From Octopus vulgaris (Eukaryota), in assembly GCA_951406725.2 (NCBI GenBank), contig OX597825.1:82894001-82958000 (forward strand): a stretch of 64,000 bases of DNA, in the 5' to 3' direction. A model generated the notes under the pieces. It was given only the letters and a program-made list of their open reading frames with translations, was not told where the DNA came from and made no database searches. Shown in pieces: positions 28,101 to 42,054 of the stretch. Numbering within the stretch: the stretch's first letter is position 1; every line of letters begins with the position of its first letter. A program made the position numbers and the translations under genes.

Positions 28101-28662
28101 TTTCTTCTTTCTTATTTGTGTGTTTCTCCTTACTAACCGTCAGCCATTTTGTATTTCTATTGTGTGTGGGGGGAAGTGCCTGTAATATTTGTATCTTCTG
28201 TTTATATACGTTCGTGTAATTTGTTTTTGTTTTTGTTTATTTTGATTTTGTTCATGTGTTTACACCTAATTGTTATTATTATATTTTTAAAAATAAAACG
28301 AAAACAAATTTTCTTACAATCCATCCCCTTTGAAATAATTATTTATAATGTATGCACAAGGCCATCAGTTTTAAAGGGCGGGTGTTAGTCGATATCATTG
28401 ATCTCGTGTTTGACTTGTACTTTATTGACCACATAGGATGTTCACTTCAGGAGAATTTGAACTCAGGACGAAAATCCCGAAACAAAAGTGGCAAATCATT
28501 CTTTCCTTGAAACGTTTATTTGACCTCCAAGGAATTTGAACGTGAAACATTTCGGAAGAGATGTCCTCGGACACTTTGCGGGCACTCTGCACTTCGTTAA
28601 CTTCATTTCAAATTTTGGCACAAGGCCATCACTTTCGGAAAGAGAGGGCAGGCATATTATAT

Positions 28663-29064
28663 ATTTCTTTACTACCCACAAGAGGCTAAACACAGACGAG
28701 ACAAACAAGGACAGACAAATGGATTAAGGCGATTACATCGACTCCAGTGGGTAACTGGTTCTTAATTTATCGACCCGAAAGGATGAAAGGCAAAGTCGAC
28801 CTCGGCGGAATTTGAACCCAGAACGTAACGGCAGACGAAATACGTGTTTCTTTATTACCCACAAGGGGCTAAACACAGACGGGACAAACAAGGACGGACA
28901 AAGGGATTAAGTCGATTATATCGACCCCAGTGCGTAACTGGTACTTAATTTATCGACCACGAAAGGATGAAAGGCAAAGTCAACCTCGGCGGAATTTGAA
29001 CTCAGAACGTAACGGCAGACGAAATACGGCTACGCATTTGGCCCGGCGTGCTACCGTTTCTGCC
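28663..29064 (-). mobile_element. Head-to-tail dimer of SINE family A
   Basis: Units 28663-28843 (head-truncated) and 28846-29064. Confidence 0.9.
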
Positions 29065-29541
29065 AGGTCTATTATATTCACCCCAATACTTAAGCCTGGA
29101 ATGATGAAAGTTAAATTTTATTGCAGAAGAATCTGAACTAACAATGTAAATGCGCAAAGGTACGGAACGAGTGTCGTCAGTTTCTTTTTCCCGAGAATTC
29201 CATCGCATTTTAATACTAATGAAATCTAAACAGACAAGTGATGTCACCATCAAAGTTTATGACAGCAAGAACGACGGAAGTAGAAGAGACTTCATTTCCA
29301 TTAGATGACATTGTTGCAAGAGAACTTTTTTAAAAAATCAATAAAACGTGGTGCCAGGAAAAAAAGTAAAGAAAATAAAATTCATAGATTTCTTTTCTTT
29401 ATTGAGCATTTTTATAGAGTTCCATTTATTTTGTATCATATATAAATACAAGTACACATAATTTTTTGAACTATATATAAACATATACGTGTGTGTGTGC
29501 GTGTATTTGCATTTACATATATTTCTTTAAATGAATTATTC

Positions 29542-29607
<66 letters not shown>

Positions 29608-29654
29608 GCTCATATATATATTTATCCATATATATACATGTCTATATATAAATA

Positions 29655-29695
<41 letters not shown>

Positions 29696-29773
29696 AGAAC
29701 CATTCAAATATGGACGCACATCACATACATAGACACACTCACGCACACACACATACATACTCTCTCTCGTAGT

Positions 29774-30127
29774 CTTTTACTTGTTTCAGTCATTTGACTC
29801 CGGCCGTGCTGGAGCACCGCCTTTAGTCAAGCAAATCGGCCCCAGGACTTATTCTTTGGAAGCCTAGTACTTATTCTATCGGTCTCTTTTGCCGAACCGC
29901 TAAGTTACGGAGACATAAACACAGCCCTATCGGTTGTCAAGTGATGTTGGAGGACAAACAAAGACACACAAACATATACACACACATACATATACAGATA
30001 CATATATACGACGGGCTTCTTTCAATTTCCGTCTAGCAAATCCACTCATAAGAGATTGGTCGGCCCGAGGCTATGGTAGAAGACACTTGCCCAAGGTGCC
30101 TCGTAGTGGAAATGAACCGGGAACCAT
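29774..30127 (-). mobile_element. tRNA-SINE family B
   Basis: Aligns to 24576-24970. Confidence 0.88.
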
Positions 30128-30472
30128 ATAAATACAGGTGAGTATGCATGCATATTGCACCTGTATGCAGTTCTTATATAGAGTGTGGAGTTATTTTCAA
30201 TAGACCAAGAAATATATTTTCTCACAGAAGCAAAGGAATGTGTAAGACATTCCATTAAGTTTTGGACTCTAGCATAAGCATACAGTTATGCACTTTCTCT
30301 TTCTATCTTACAAGACATTTTAAAGAAGTATTAAATGACCGATGAAATCGAAAACCTCTTCATCGGTGACAACTGTGAAACAGCTGTTGATATATTTCAG
30401 TTGGAAGACTTCATGCTGTTGCATGTTTATATGTGTACATAAACACACAAACAGAAACACACACACGCACAA

Positions 30473-30527
<55 letters not shown>

Positions 30528-30606
30528 TAGATAGATAGATAGATAGATATAGATAGAGAGAGAGAGAGAAAGAGCCAGAAAGATCGATATATATATATAT
30601 ATATAC

Positions 30607-30682
<76 letters not shown>

Positions 30683-30771
30683 AGATCGATCGATAGATAG
30701 TTAGATTGTTAGAAAGTGGATCGATAGGTAGATAGATAGATAGATGGTTAGATGGTTAGATAGATAGAAAT

Positions 30772-30914
<143 letters not shown>

Positions 30915-31890
30915 GACATACGCACATGCATACGCCCAGAATGTGTGTGTAAGAGCAATTATGTTTCCTAATTAGATGTTACAGGTTTCAGTCCAGGGCA
31001 TACCTGGCCAATTGCGTCCAGCTACAGTCCGAGCTGACCACTGCTTAGTAAGCAGATTTAGTAGAAGGAAACAGAAAGAAACCTCTCAAAGATAGATACA
31101 TGTGTGTATGTGTGTGCGTGTGTGAGAGAGTGTGCATGAGCTGTTTAACATTTCTGATCAGATTGCAACAAAAACGTACATCACAAATACATATTAAAAC
31201 GTGTTCGTATGTTAATCCCACTGATGTGTGCTGCAGCTTAATACAGAACTTTCGAAGTTCGAGTTTTTGAACAAACGGAAACGTAAAACTATTAATTACA
31301 GTCGCAAAATGCATCGACCACGAATCAACAGCCTACAGACACGCGCACGCGTCCACGAACGCATGCACGCTCCCTCGCGCACTCTTGTAGTACTTATATT
31401 AGCAAGTTTTATTGCTACTTATAATCATCGTATGAACGTGATTACTTGCTGTGAATGAACACGCCATGTTTACTCTGTGTATTTATAAAACTCTATTTCT
31501 TGTATATCATATTTTAATGACATATTCTTACACGTCTGGAAATGTATAAGCAGGTTGAAGTGTGTCAATATCTTTCCACGCCAATACTTTATTTCCTCTC
31601 TCACTTTCTCCCTCTCTCCCCTACTCTCACTCCACCCTGATTTCCCCCTCTTTATTCCCTAACATACAATCTTTCCTCCTAACATACCGTCTCTGAATCT
31701 CTCCCTCTCTCTCTCTGTTATACTCAGCATAAATACACATAACACAAACAACGGCTTTCTAGCAACGGTGTCAAGGACAGCAGCATATTACACACAGAGA
31801 CACGCAGAGACAGATACACACATAAATACACACACACACATCTGTAACTACACAAATACATACACATTGATATGTATATTTATCTGCCTT

Positions 31891-31929
<39 letters not shown>

Positions 31930-31989
31930 GTATGTATGTATGGAAAAAATGTCAAGACAGAAAATGCTAAAATAATTTTATAAAAAACA

Positions 31990-32031
31990 TTTCAGTACCG
32001 GTTTCAGTCACTGAGACTTTTTCGACTGGAA
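31990..32031 (-). ncRNA. Minimal hammerhead variant (U3-A8, C4)
   Basis: Minus strand: CAG-TCGAAAA-AGTC-TCAGT-GACT-GAAA-CCGG-TA-CTG. Confidence 0.55.
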
Positions 32032-32270
32032 GTATGCAAAACAATTCCATTTTGGAAAAATAAACGAAAAGTGTTTTTTTAAAAGAATATTTGCATAGTA
32101 TTCAAATACAAGTGGCATTTTCCTTGTTTCTGCCTGTCTCTGTCTCTATTGTTTAGTCTTATGGGTTCGAGGTCATATATATAGGAATAATGAATAATAT
32201 ATAAGAATAATGATGAAGAAACTGAGAAGGAAGAAAACGCATCAGACGCTCTGGGAAGGAAATAAAGTTA

Positions 32271-32302
32271 GTTTTACGTTTCGTGCAAACCTCTTCAAAA
32301 AC
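32271..32302 (-). ncRNA. Minimal hammerhead-like motif
   Basis: Minus strand: GTTT-TTGAAGA-GGT-TTGC-AC-GAAA-CG-TA-AAAC. Confidence 0.5.
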
Positions 32303-32664
32303 AAGAGACGGGCGAAAGTGCAAGTGAAAAGGAAAACGGAAGGAAAAGAATCGCCAACAATCCACATGTTTGATGGTGTGAATGTGAGTGTAGGTATGGG
32401 TGATGGCGAGGAAGAGGAAAAGAAAGGAGACTGGAAGTAGAATAGAAGATAAGTCGAAGAAAGATGAGTGAAGAGGAAGTGTCAGGGACAAATTGTCGTG
32501 ATTCGCAAGCGAGGTGCAGAAATAGCGAACTCCGAATGAAGAAGGTGATGTAATCCGAAAGTATATATATATATATATTCCTCTCCTTCTCTCGATGTAT
32601 ATGAGCGAGAGGGGTAGAAATATAGATCGATAGACAATAGATAGATAAATAAATAGATAGACAT

Positions 32665-32768
<104 letters not shown>

Positions 32769-33602
32769 GAAGGGCATGAAAATAGTTTCTGCGAACTAAA
32801 TTGATTCACAAGAGATTAGCCGGCCAATGAGAACAGTAAAAGCCACTCATTGAGGGTGTGCCACTTGGCTGTGTGCCTAAAATCGAACCCATGTTGTCAA
32901 AAGACGAAATTTCTGAATGACACAAATATAGCTATGATTTTTAAACAAAAATTCAAAAAAAGAAATTGTGAATTAGTCACATTATACAAAAGACACGCAC
33001 TAAGCAGAAATCCAGTTAACTCACATTTTCAATTTTATTCCATTACCTAAGCTTATATCGATCACAGACATAGAATCACGTGTATTTTGACTAACCTATG
33101 TTTTTTTTTTCTAGCTTTTTTTTATATTTACATATGGTAGACTTAGTGAAGGTTTGGCATTGAATATTATCCTTCAGTGATTTGCAGTTTTGCTTGCAAC
33201 ACACAAATGTTTACGGTGCCGTTTGAAAATATATATATATCCTTTGATCAAAGCGTTGATGACGACACGGGTTGTGGGGAAAGAAGCGAGAGCGAACGGC
33301 AGAAATGATTTGCATAAGGCAGTCGATGTGCAAGGAATTAGAGTAGAGATGCTAGCAACAACTTCGACGTCTTTCAGCAACAGCAATTTATGTCACTTTT
33401 TAATATTTTCTTCCTCTCCTTTCTTTAAAAGTTTTTTATTTATTTATTTATTTTGCATTTACTTAAGGATATGCATGAGTTTATTTCAGCTTCGTGACTG
33501 GCAGACTTACAGACTTCCGATATAATTTCCTTCGAAATCTTTCTAAAATAAGTATGTATAACTATATAAATATCTGTGTGTATGTGTGTGTTTGCATGTA
33601 TA

Positions 33603-33673
<71 letters not shown>

Positions 33674-34214
33674 ATATGTATATATATATATATGTATATG
33701 TATATATATATACACATATATACAGTATATATATACAATATATATGTGTGTGTGTGTTTCTTATAGACTCGTATTAAATACGGATTCATGTTTACTTACT
33801 TAAGGTACTCTATATATAAACTGTTGTGTCTTTGTGTGTATGTCTGTGAGTATATTTGTGTGTGAGTTTATGTGTGTTTGTGTGAAGATGCATAGATATG
33901 CGGTTATGGAAGTAATATGTGTTTATACCAACGAAAATAGATTAATCAAGAATGAAAGAACTAACATTTGGTATAGACCGTTAAGGATAATCCATCTTGC
34001 ATATTTTGATATCAATTTTCCTAAGTATCACATACTTAAAAATTCTTCAGTTCACTATGTTCAGAAATTTGTTGAAATAGTGATATGGGTATTTCGACAG
34101 GCGCTGGGTTAACGTTAGCAAAGTATGAAACTTGAACTTACAAAGTATTATTAAACTTGAGATCTATAAATTTATATGCATACACACCCACACATACACC
34201 CACACACACACACG

Positions 34215-34268
<54 letters not shown>

Positions 34269-34271
<3 letters not shown>

Positions 34272-34470
34272 AGCGTTTATGAAAAAAGCAAAAGACGAAG
34301 ACAGGTGGTGTACAAAACAAACAGATGTATTAGTATAACTGTCAGGAATAGAAAACGTCTTTTACGTTTCGAGCCTAGGCTCTTCTACAGAAAGGGACAC
34401 AGAAAAAAACAAGGAGAGAAACAAGGAGAGAAAAAAATGTGTGTAGTGGCTAACGATCTATCATGGCGAC
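34269..34470 (-). mobile_element. (TA)n-flanked Penelope pLTR-like fragment with HHR-like motif
   Basis: Minus 34357-34398: CTTT-CTGTAGA-A-GAGC-CTAG-GCTC-GAAA-CG-TA-AAAG; second copy at 40607-40860. Confidence 0.6.
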
Positions 34471-34680
34471 TATATATATATATATATATATATATGGGAT
34501 GACACTAAACATTTCCTGATTTGAAGGGTGTTCTTTTACAGGGCTTAGAAAAACTGAAGATCCGCTGTGGTGTACGGCCCTGAGAGGGAAATATATATAT
34601 TAACAGATAATAATTCGAATAGCTTACACCTAGTAGCTTACTGGTAAAGCACGGTCACTTTCACAGTGATCGTTATATAA

Positions 34681-35165
34681 ATGGTAAATGAAAGACGTGA
34701 GATGGAATATACAAGAATTTATTATTAATTACGACAATTGTTTCGACAGATCTAGCATCGATTCTTCATCTGTGGGACACACAACAACTGGCTCAGTGGT
34801 GCAGAGATATCTCGTCGGGTGATAAATGCAACTCGTTACAATGACTGCTCCGCACTGTAACTTTCCGTTTTGTAGAGAGAAAATCATCCAGACGGATTTT
34901 ATTTTTGATCATCTTTGTAAATGAAGATATTTCCTCTGTCTGGCTGCTTTACTCTCTACAAAACGGAAAGTTACATTGCGGAACAGCCATTTCAACGAAT
35001 TGTATTTATTTATCACCCGACGAGATACATCTGAACCACCGGATGCTCCTGAACCTGTTATTGAGTATCCCACCCAAGAGGAATCGATGCTAGATGTGTC
35101 GAAACAATTGTCGTGATTAGTAATAACTTCTCGTATATTCTATCTTCCGAATCTCATTTGCCATA
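34681..35165. mobile_element. Fold-back Penelope-type element with an HHR in both arms
   Basis: Imperfect ~485-bp palindrome; HHR motifs at 34728-34823 (-) and 35012-35117 (+). Confidence 0.75.
35012..35117 (+). ncRNA. Hammerhead variant (C4) with long stem II
   Basis: ATCAC-CCGACGA-GATACATCT-[59 nt]-AGATGTGTC-GAAA-CAATTG-TC-GTGAT. Confidence 0.75.
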
Positions 35166-37434
35166 TATGTATTAATAGATAGATAGGTAGACGGGCAGGA
35201 AAATAGATAGAAAGACAGATAAATATACACATATAGACTCATATATCTATATAGGCGTAAAAATATATTATACATACATACACATGCACAGTCACACCCA
35301 TACAAACACTCATGCACTTAAATACCCATATATATGTGCGTGTGTATGTGTGCGTCTGTGTGTTTGTTTGTGTGTGTGTGTGTAGTTGTATATATCTGCT
35401 TCGTGTATGTTGTTGGAGTTGTTGCTTGGTCTCAGTTAATTTTTATGGAGGACATATAGATCTTTTTCAAATGCTTTGAGTTCTTATACTGTTCCAGGTT
35501 TTCTCTACATTCCCATTGCTTTTTATTCATGAAAATAAATTCGTAATTCCATAATCTCTGGCTGCTATTTCTTGCATGTCTAGCGACTGCGTAAGGGCTT
35601 TCCTTTGTAACTAGATGCATGTTTTATGTAGGTGTATATAAACGACAATTGCTGAAATATATTCAACAAAGAATATTTCATAATCTAACAAAATTATGCA
35701 TTACATTAACCTTCAAACATGGAGAAATTCTATTGAAATTTAACTTTCATGTAATTCTATTTACTTCATATATCATGAGCATTAATTCGTATTAATGTTC
35801 TTGCGTTGATACTGACCTTTTAAACCAGAAATCATTGTAATGGTGATGCTGATGATGTCAATAACAACAACAGCCACAACAGCAACAGTAATGACAATAC
35901 GAATAATAATGTGTTGTTCTGCTTACGTTTAATGTATTAACTTTTGTCAGTGCTTGTCATTATCTTCATTTGAATGGTACACAAGAGTAGATACAACTGA
36001 GGAATCCCGAGGTAAGAAACGGCTGAATGTTTAATGATCTTCTGAATGCAGCTCTGCTTGATCTGTTTCCGATCAATAACTCAATTGGCAGCACTTACAC
36101 ACACACCTGCACACACATACAAGCACACACCTCCATACACACACAAACACACACAGACACACAAACGCAGACACAGACACTCACAGACACATACAGACAC
36201 ACAAACACACGATTACTACGGATTGCGATTTTCATGATCCATTACAAAGCGCGGTTGTTCATTATTCACAGTTTCCAATAGATATTTATCATAGGATACA
36301 CATCATAGTTTATATTAAATGATAAATATGCAAAAATATACCGTGAACTGTCTGCAATATTAAAATGATATTCTGTGTAATCCATTTATCAAAATGACAT
36401 CTATACTATGGTGAGGCAGATAATGAACTGTCCATAGATCTTCACTCTGCCTCTTATATACTATACTTGTGCGACGACGTTACAGGGTATCGACAAACAC
36501 TTCATTGTTATTCTCGATATATTATACGTCGTGTTAAGATACCAATTATAGGAGAATATGCAAAGTTCATTTGGATAATGTCTTTAGAATAAATGCAAGA
36601 ACATATTCTAAAGTTGACTTTGTAGTTTCGTAATTGCAAATTAAAATAAGAAGCCATAAGAGTATATTTAATAAAAGCCGAAATAAATGCTGGTTTGTTG
36701 TTTGGTTACTTGGTTGGTTGGTTGGCTTATATCTCCAGTCACGTTCGAATCATATACAGAAAGAAGGAGAGATGAATTAAAAGAGCGATTTAGCTGGTGT
36801 TAATATAAGGGATATATTAACAGGATGAGCGCGCATACTATGCTTAGTGGCAGGCAATGTGCTAAAAAAAAAAACGCTACACACATACAAAGCGAAATAG
36901 ATACATAGATAGATGCATACATAAATAGATAGATAATTAGATAAAGAGAGAGATGGGGGAGGAATCATATGGAAACAGTAGGAGGCGGGGGAGGGTATAT
37001 ATGAGAGTAGTTTGAACAGAACATGTACCAGTGAGAAATTAGTTTTATTTGAATTTTAAACTTATAAATATTTCACGATAGTGGTATAACTCTTCCTATA
37101 TTTACCTCTCAGCCGATCTACTTCACAGCCGATCAATCTGTTCTCAGATGGTTCCAATAACATAAGAGCTACATCTTTATTTAAAAAATGGATAAAGCTC
37201 TTTCTCTAGTCCTATAAACTCTTAAAGCCGGTTTTCCTGTTTTTTCCCTTCTGGATGGGATGCCAATCTTTCTCAGGATTTCTCATCGTTGCCCGCTGAG
37301 TGGAGTGGAACAATGTGAAAGGAAGTGTTTTGCACAAAAACGCAATACATTACCCGACCTAAGAATTGAAACCGCACTCTTAAGATCATGAGTGCACCAC
37401 GAAGCCATGCACCCACATTACCGACTTCACAGCC

Positions 37435-37900
37435 GCCCAAGGTGTTAGGTGTCATTATCTCCAAAGATTTCTCTCTTGTCAAAAATATCCTTAGCATACC
37501 TAGCACTGCTTTCCAAAAGTTATCTTTGTTCAAAGTCAGAAAACATTTGGCGCCTCATAATGCATTTCCCCAGCCTCAAGTGAGGCACACAGTAAATTTC
37601 TGTTTCAACATCTGGAACGACGCTGTGGCTACTCACTCCTGTGGTTGTAGACCACATCCAGAAAACGTCCAATCGACTAAAATGCATACTATGACAAACA
37701 GACACATTCAAGCCTTTGGCTTGCCGACGGGTCACTCCTCTATATCTCCCTATCGATCAATCTCCGTCTCGTTCTTGTTGACATTTCTAACACTACTACA
37801 ATATCCTCTGGTCTTGGGAGTTGGTCAGTTTCGTGTTTCCACCTCTCAAGCATCTTTGGTCAGTGAAAACTTGCTTTCATCTCGTTAAACATCGTTCAAT
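37435..37900 (+). pseudogene. Degenerate CR1/L2/Jockey-group LINE ORF2 fragment
   Basis: KVLGVIISKD...AFQKL...QVRHTVNFC..IW pattern in ORF 37388-37888. Confidence 0.55.
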
Positions 37901-38010
37901 TTTCATTCCCAGGTCATCGACCGTCTATAATCTCATTTTTACTCATGGCTTCTGTGCAAATATGGAGCTGAAACCGATGGGAAACAGTATTAATATCATG
38001 AGCTCCAATA

Positions 38011-38200
38011 TGGCGGTGAGCTGGCAGAATCGCTACCGCACTGGACAAACTACTTAGCGGCATTTCGTCCGCATTTACTTCTTAGCGGAGATGCTCTTGG
38101 GGTTGACTTTGCCATCGATCCCGTCGGAGTTAATCAAATAAGTACCAGATGAGCACTGGGGTCGATGTAATCGATTAAACAACTCCACAAAAGTTTGAAA
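38011..38200 (+). mobile_element. tRNA-SINE family A
   Basis: GGCGGTGAGCTGGCAGAATCG head; TAAGTACCAG core. Confidence 0.75.
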
Positions 38201-38866
38201 CTTGTATCATCAGTTCCAACAGAAGGAGGACCTACGAGCGATAATATGACAATAAATGTTATTTTATTTTTGCTTTTTAATTCGTCATAAATTTACATCA
38301 TAACACATAAGACCCTGTCAAATGAGACGTACATACACGCCATTAAATAACAGTGGGGATTAACAAAAAGGCTGAGAAGTAACAACAGTGTGAATAGATT
38401 AGCTTTTGGGAAATAATGTAAAATAGAAATTCAAAAAAGAAATTTCAAAAGTCGGAAAGTATATACTGTAAAACATTTTCTCTCCCAATAATGGAAATCT
38501 CCCGCAAGGTAAAGCATCGTAACAATTTCATCTTTCGGGATATGTAATACGTATTACATAATAATACTCCGAATAAAATGACAGAAAGTACCCGAAGGCA
38601 AGAATAGGAAATATGAAATTCAGATTATTTAAGCGTGATTATTCGTAACGTGATGGAGCATTCGGCAGCCATACGAAGCTACATCTTACGTACACTTATA
38701 CATATGTATACATACAAAGAACACATAGAAAGCATTTTTCCGAGGGCCTCTAAGAAAAATTGTGTATATATGTGTGTGCATACTTTATCGTGTTACAAGT
38801 CATAATGTATGTATATATATATATATATATATATATCTCCCTCTCTCACTCTCTCTCTCTGTATAA

Positions 38867-38899
<33 letters not shown>

Positions 38900-38932
38900 T
38901 ATATATATGTATATATATGTATATGTATATAA

Positions 38933-39339
38933 CAGCACGAGGCATGCTCAATGATTCTCGAAATATCCTCCATCTATCCCTGTCTCTCTCTCCTTTTCTC
39001 TGTCTATTTTCTGTCTCTGCGTTCTCTTCCTATATATACAAACATACATATACACATATATACATACAGGCATATGTTAGTATATATATATATATATATG
39101 TATATATCAGAGCAAGCAAATAAATGTGAAACAACGTGGACAAAATAGTACAAGAATACCATATGTAGAGTAATATGCCTTATTAAAAAGCAGAAAAAAT
39201 ATCACAAAAACTATTACTCAGAATTTCCCCTCTCCGTTCGCCGGACAGTTTTGTTAGAGATTCACTGAACTGTCCGACGAACGAGAACGTGAAACTCTGA
39301 GTAACAGTTTTTGTGATATTGTTGCTGCTTTTTCCTAAA

Positions 39340-39374
<35 letters not shown>

Positions 39375-39501
39375 CATATATACATATATATATATATATG
39401 ATCATATATATATAGATAAATATATATATATATATATATATTTATCTATATTATATATATTTATCTATATATATGCATATATATATATATATGTATATAT
39501 G

Positions 39502-39554
<53 letters not shown>

Positions 39555-39786
39555 TTTAGGAAAAAGCAGCAACAATATCACAAAAACTTTTACTCAGGGT
39601 TTCACGTTCTCGTTCGTCGGACAGTTCAGTGAATCTCTAACAAAACTCTCCGGCGAACGGAGAGGGGAAATTCTGAGTAATAGTTTTTGTGATATTTTTT
39701 CTGCTTTTTAATAAGGCATATTACTCTACATATGGTATTCTTGTACTATTTTGTCCACGTTGTTTCACATTTATTTGCTTGCTCTG

Positions 39787-39828
<42 letters not shown>

Positions 39829-39975
39829 TAACATATGCCTGTATGTATATATGTGTATATGTATGTTTGTATATATAGGAAGAGAACGCAGAGACAGAAA
39901 ATAGACAGAGAAAAGGAGAGAGAGACAGGGATAGATGGAGGATATTTCGAGAATCATTGAGCATGCCTCGTGCTG
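38933..39975. repeat. ~1.04-kb near-perfect palindrome
   Basis: Arms 38933-39340/39553-39975 differ at about 3 visible positions plus (TA)n length; AT-rich centre is also largely symmetric. Confidence 0.95.
39268..39309 (+). ncRNA. Minimal hammerhead variant (C4)
   Basis: AACTGT-CCGACGA-ACG-AGAA-CGT-GAAA-CTCTGAG-TA-ACAGTT, inside a small fold-back at 39185-39333. Confidence 0.75.
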
Positions 39976-40561
39976 CGTTAAATTTGTGAACCAAATTCAA
40001 ACCAAATCAAAATCAAATCGGTCAGGAATTCCTTGATTGCCCGACTATAAAAGCTGTCTCACAAAAAAAAAGAAAACAAAACAAAAAGAAGCACACAAAA
40101 CTCAAAGCAGACGACAAAATCTGGGTGTACAGTCGCCATGTTGAGACAAAATAAAACCATCCTTTGTTTTAGTGAGATGCGTCATTGTCATCGCGACTAA
40201 AACAAATAACACCAGATTAATTCTAATACGAAGGTACTGTTGATCAATGTTCTTTGTTTTGTTTTTTTGTTTTTGATCACATCGTTTTCATATTTGAACG
40301 GTTCTAATGTGCTGTCCATTTAGAAGTCAAAACCATCATTAATCAAACTCAATTCCAGAGACTGTTTTGTCTGGTTATTTCTATTAAGTGATCTCTCTCT
40401 CTCTCTCTCTCTCTCTCTTTATCTCTCTCTCCCTCTCTATCAGTCTTTATCTGTCTGTTTGTCGAGCTATCTCACGTTCTCTCTCCTTTTACCACTGAGA
40501 CATATGTTAGTGTATCTGTTAAAAAGCGACTAGCGTTGGTTCACTCAAGATCGGGAAACAT

Positions 40562-40606
<45 letters not shown>

Positions 40607-40610
<4 letters not shown>

Positions 40611-40860
40611 AGAGTTTACGAAAAAACCAAAAGACGAAGACAAGTGGTGTACAAAACAAACAGATGTATTAGTATAACGCTCAGGAATAGAAAAATGTCT
40701 TTTACGTTTCGAGCCTACGCCCTTTTACAGAAAGGGACACAGAAAAAACAAGGAGAGAAACAAGGAGAGGAATAAAGGAGAGAAAAAATGAGAGAAAAGG
40801 AGAGAAAAAGGAGAGAGAAAAAGGAGAGAAAAAAGAGAGGAAAAATGTGTGTAGTGGCTG
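40607..40860 (-). mobile_element. Penelope pLTR-like fragment
   Basis: Homologous to 34269-34470; HHR-like motif at 40697-40738. Confidence 0.6.
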
Positions 40861-41483
40861 ATGTGTGTGTGTGTAATCTTGTATCTTTTACTTGTTTCAC
40901 TCATTGGACTAACGTCATGCTGAGGCAACACCTTGATGAATTTATCAGTCGAACAAATCGATCCCAGTACGTGTTTTATAAAGCATGTTACGTATTCTAT
41001 CGGCCCTTTAAATCCCTAAGTTACAGGGGCATAAACTAACAATATATGTAATGCATAAAATAGAATGAAAGATAATTAGTAAATATAATGCTCGAAATGA
41101 GATTCGAGGCTGATTGCGATTATTTTACACAAATGTTAGAATTGACTCTTGGCTATATTTATAAATAATTTAAACGTCACTTTTGCCTTACTTCCAATAT
41201 GGAGTACGGATTAAATCTGTTTCTTTCTAATTAGAATTACTTACTACTTCAAATTGCTGCGACAATGAAATTTTAATAAAAAAGAATAATTGTGAAATAT
41301 CGCTAATGGTATATGTGTGTATGTATGTGTGTGTGTGTGTATGTGTGTGTGTGTTGGATATAAAAATAGTAGGTATGCACTTATGAAGAGAAATGATTAT
41401 TATACATATATAACGCTAAGTATATATGTGTGTGTGTCTGTGTGTATGTGCGTTACGTATACATGTATATCCATATATACATG

Positions 41484-41528
<45 letters not shown>

Positions 41529-41689
41529 GTATATATATATATGTATAAATATATATATATATATACATATATATATACATATATTTATATATATACATAC
41601 ATATATATATATGTGTGTGTGTGCATGCATGTATATATACGTCTGCGTGTGTGTAATGTTTCAAGATAAACCAGAATATAAGAAATTGA

Positions 41690-41914
41690 AGAAGTAGAAG
41701 TGGAAGAAGAGGGAGGACAAGAACAAGAACAAGAAGAAGAAGAAAAAGAAGTAGAAGAAGAAGGAGAAAAAGAAGAAGAAGAAGAAGAAGAAGAGTAGAA
41801 GAAGAAGAGGAAGAAGAACAAGAACAAGAAGAGGAAGAAGAACAAGAAGAAGAAGAGTAGAAGAAGAAGAAGAAGAAGAAGAAGAAGAACAAGAACAAGA
41901 ACAAGAACAAGAAC

Positions 41915-41945
<31 letters not shown>

Positions 41946-41946
41946 A

Positions 41947-42044
<98 letters not shown>

Positions 42045-42054
42045 GAGGAAGAAG
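41690..42054. repeat. Compound (GAA)n/(TAA)n microsatellite
   Basis: Read directly; one example of many (TA)n, (GATA)n, (CA)n, (TAA)n, (CAT)n and (CTA)n tracts in the window. Confidence 0.95.

Noticed and set aside
30339-30392. CCGATGA...GAAACAGCTGTT HHR-like motif
   Set aside because: Stems I and II do not pair; a competing hairpin covers the core
33241-33315. Palindromic TCF-like site CTTTGATCAAAG plus octamer ATTTGCAT
   Set aside because: Short motifs are expected by chance in 64 kb; no conservation data available
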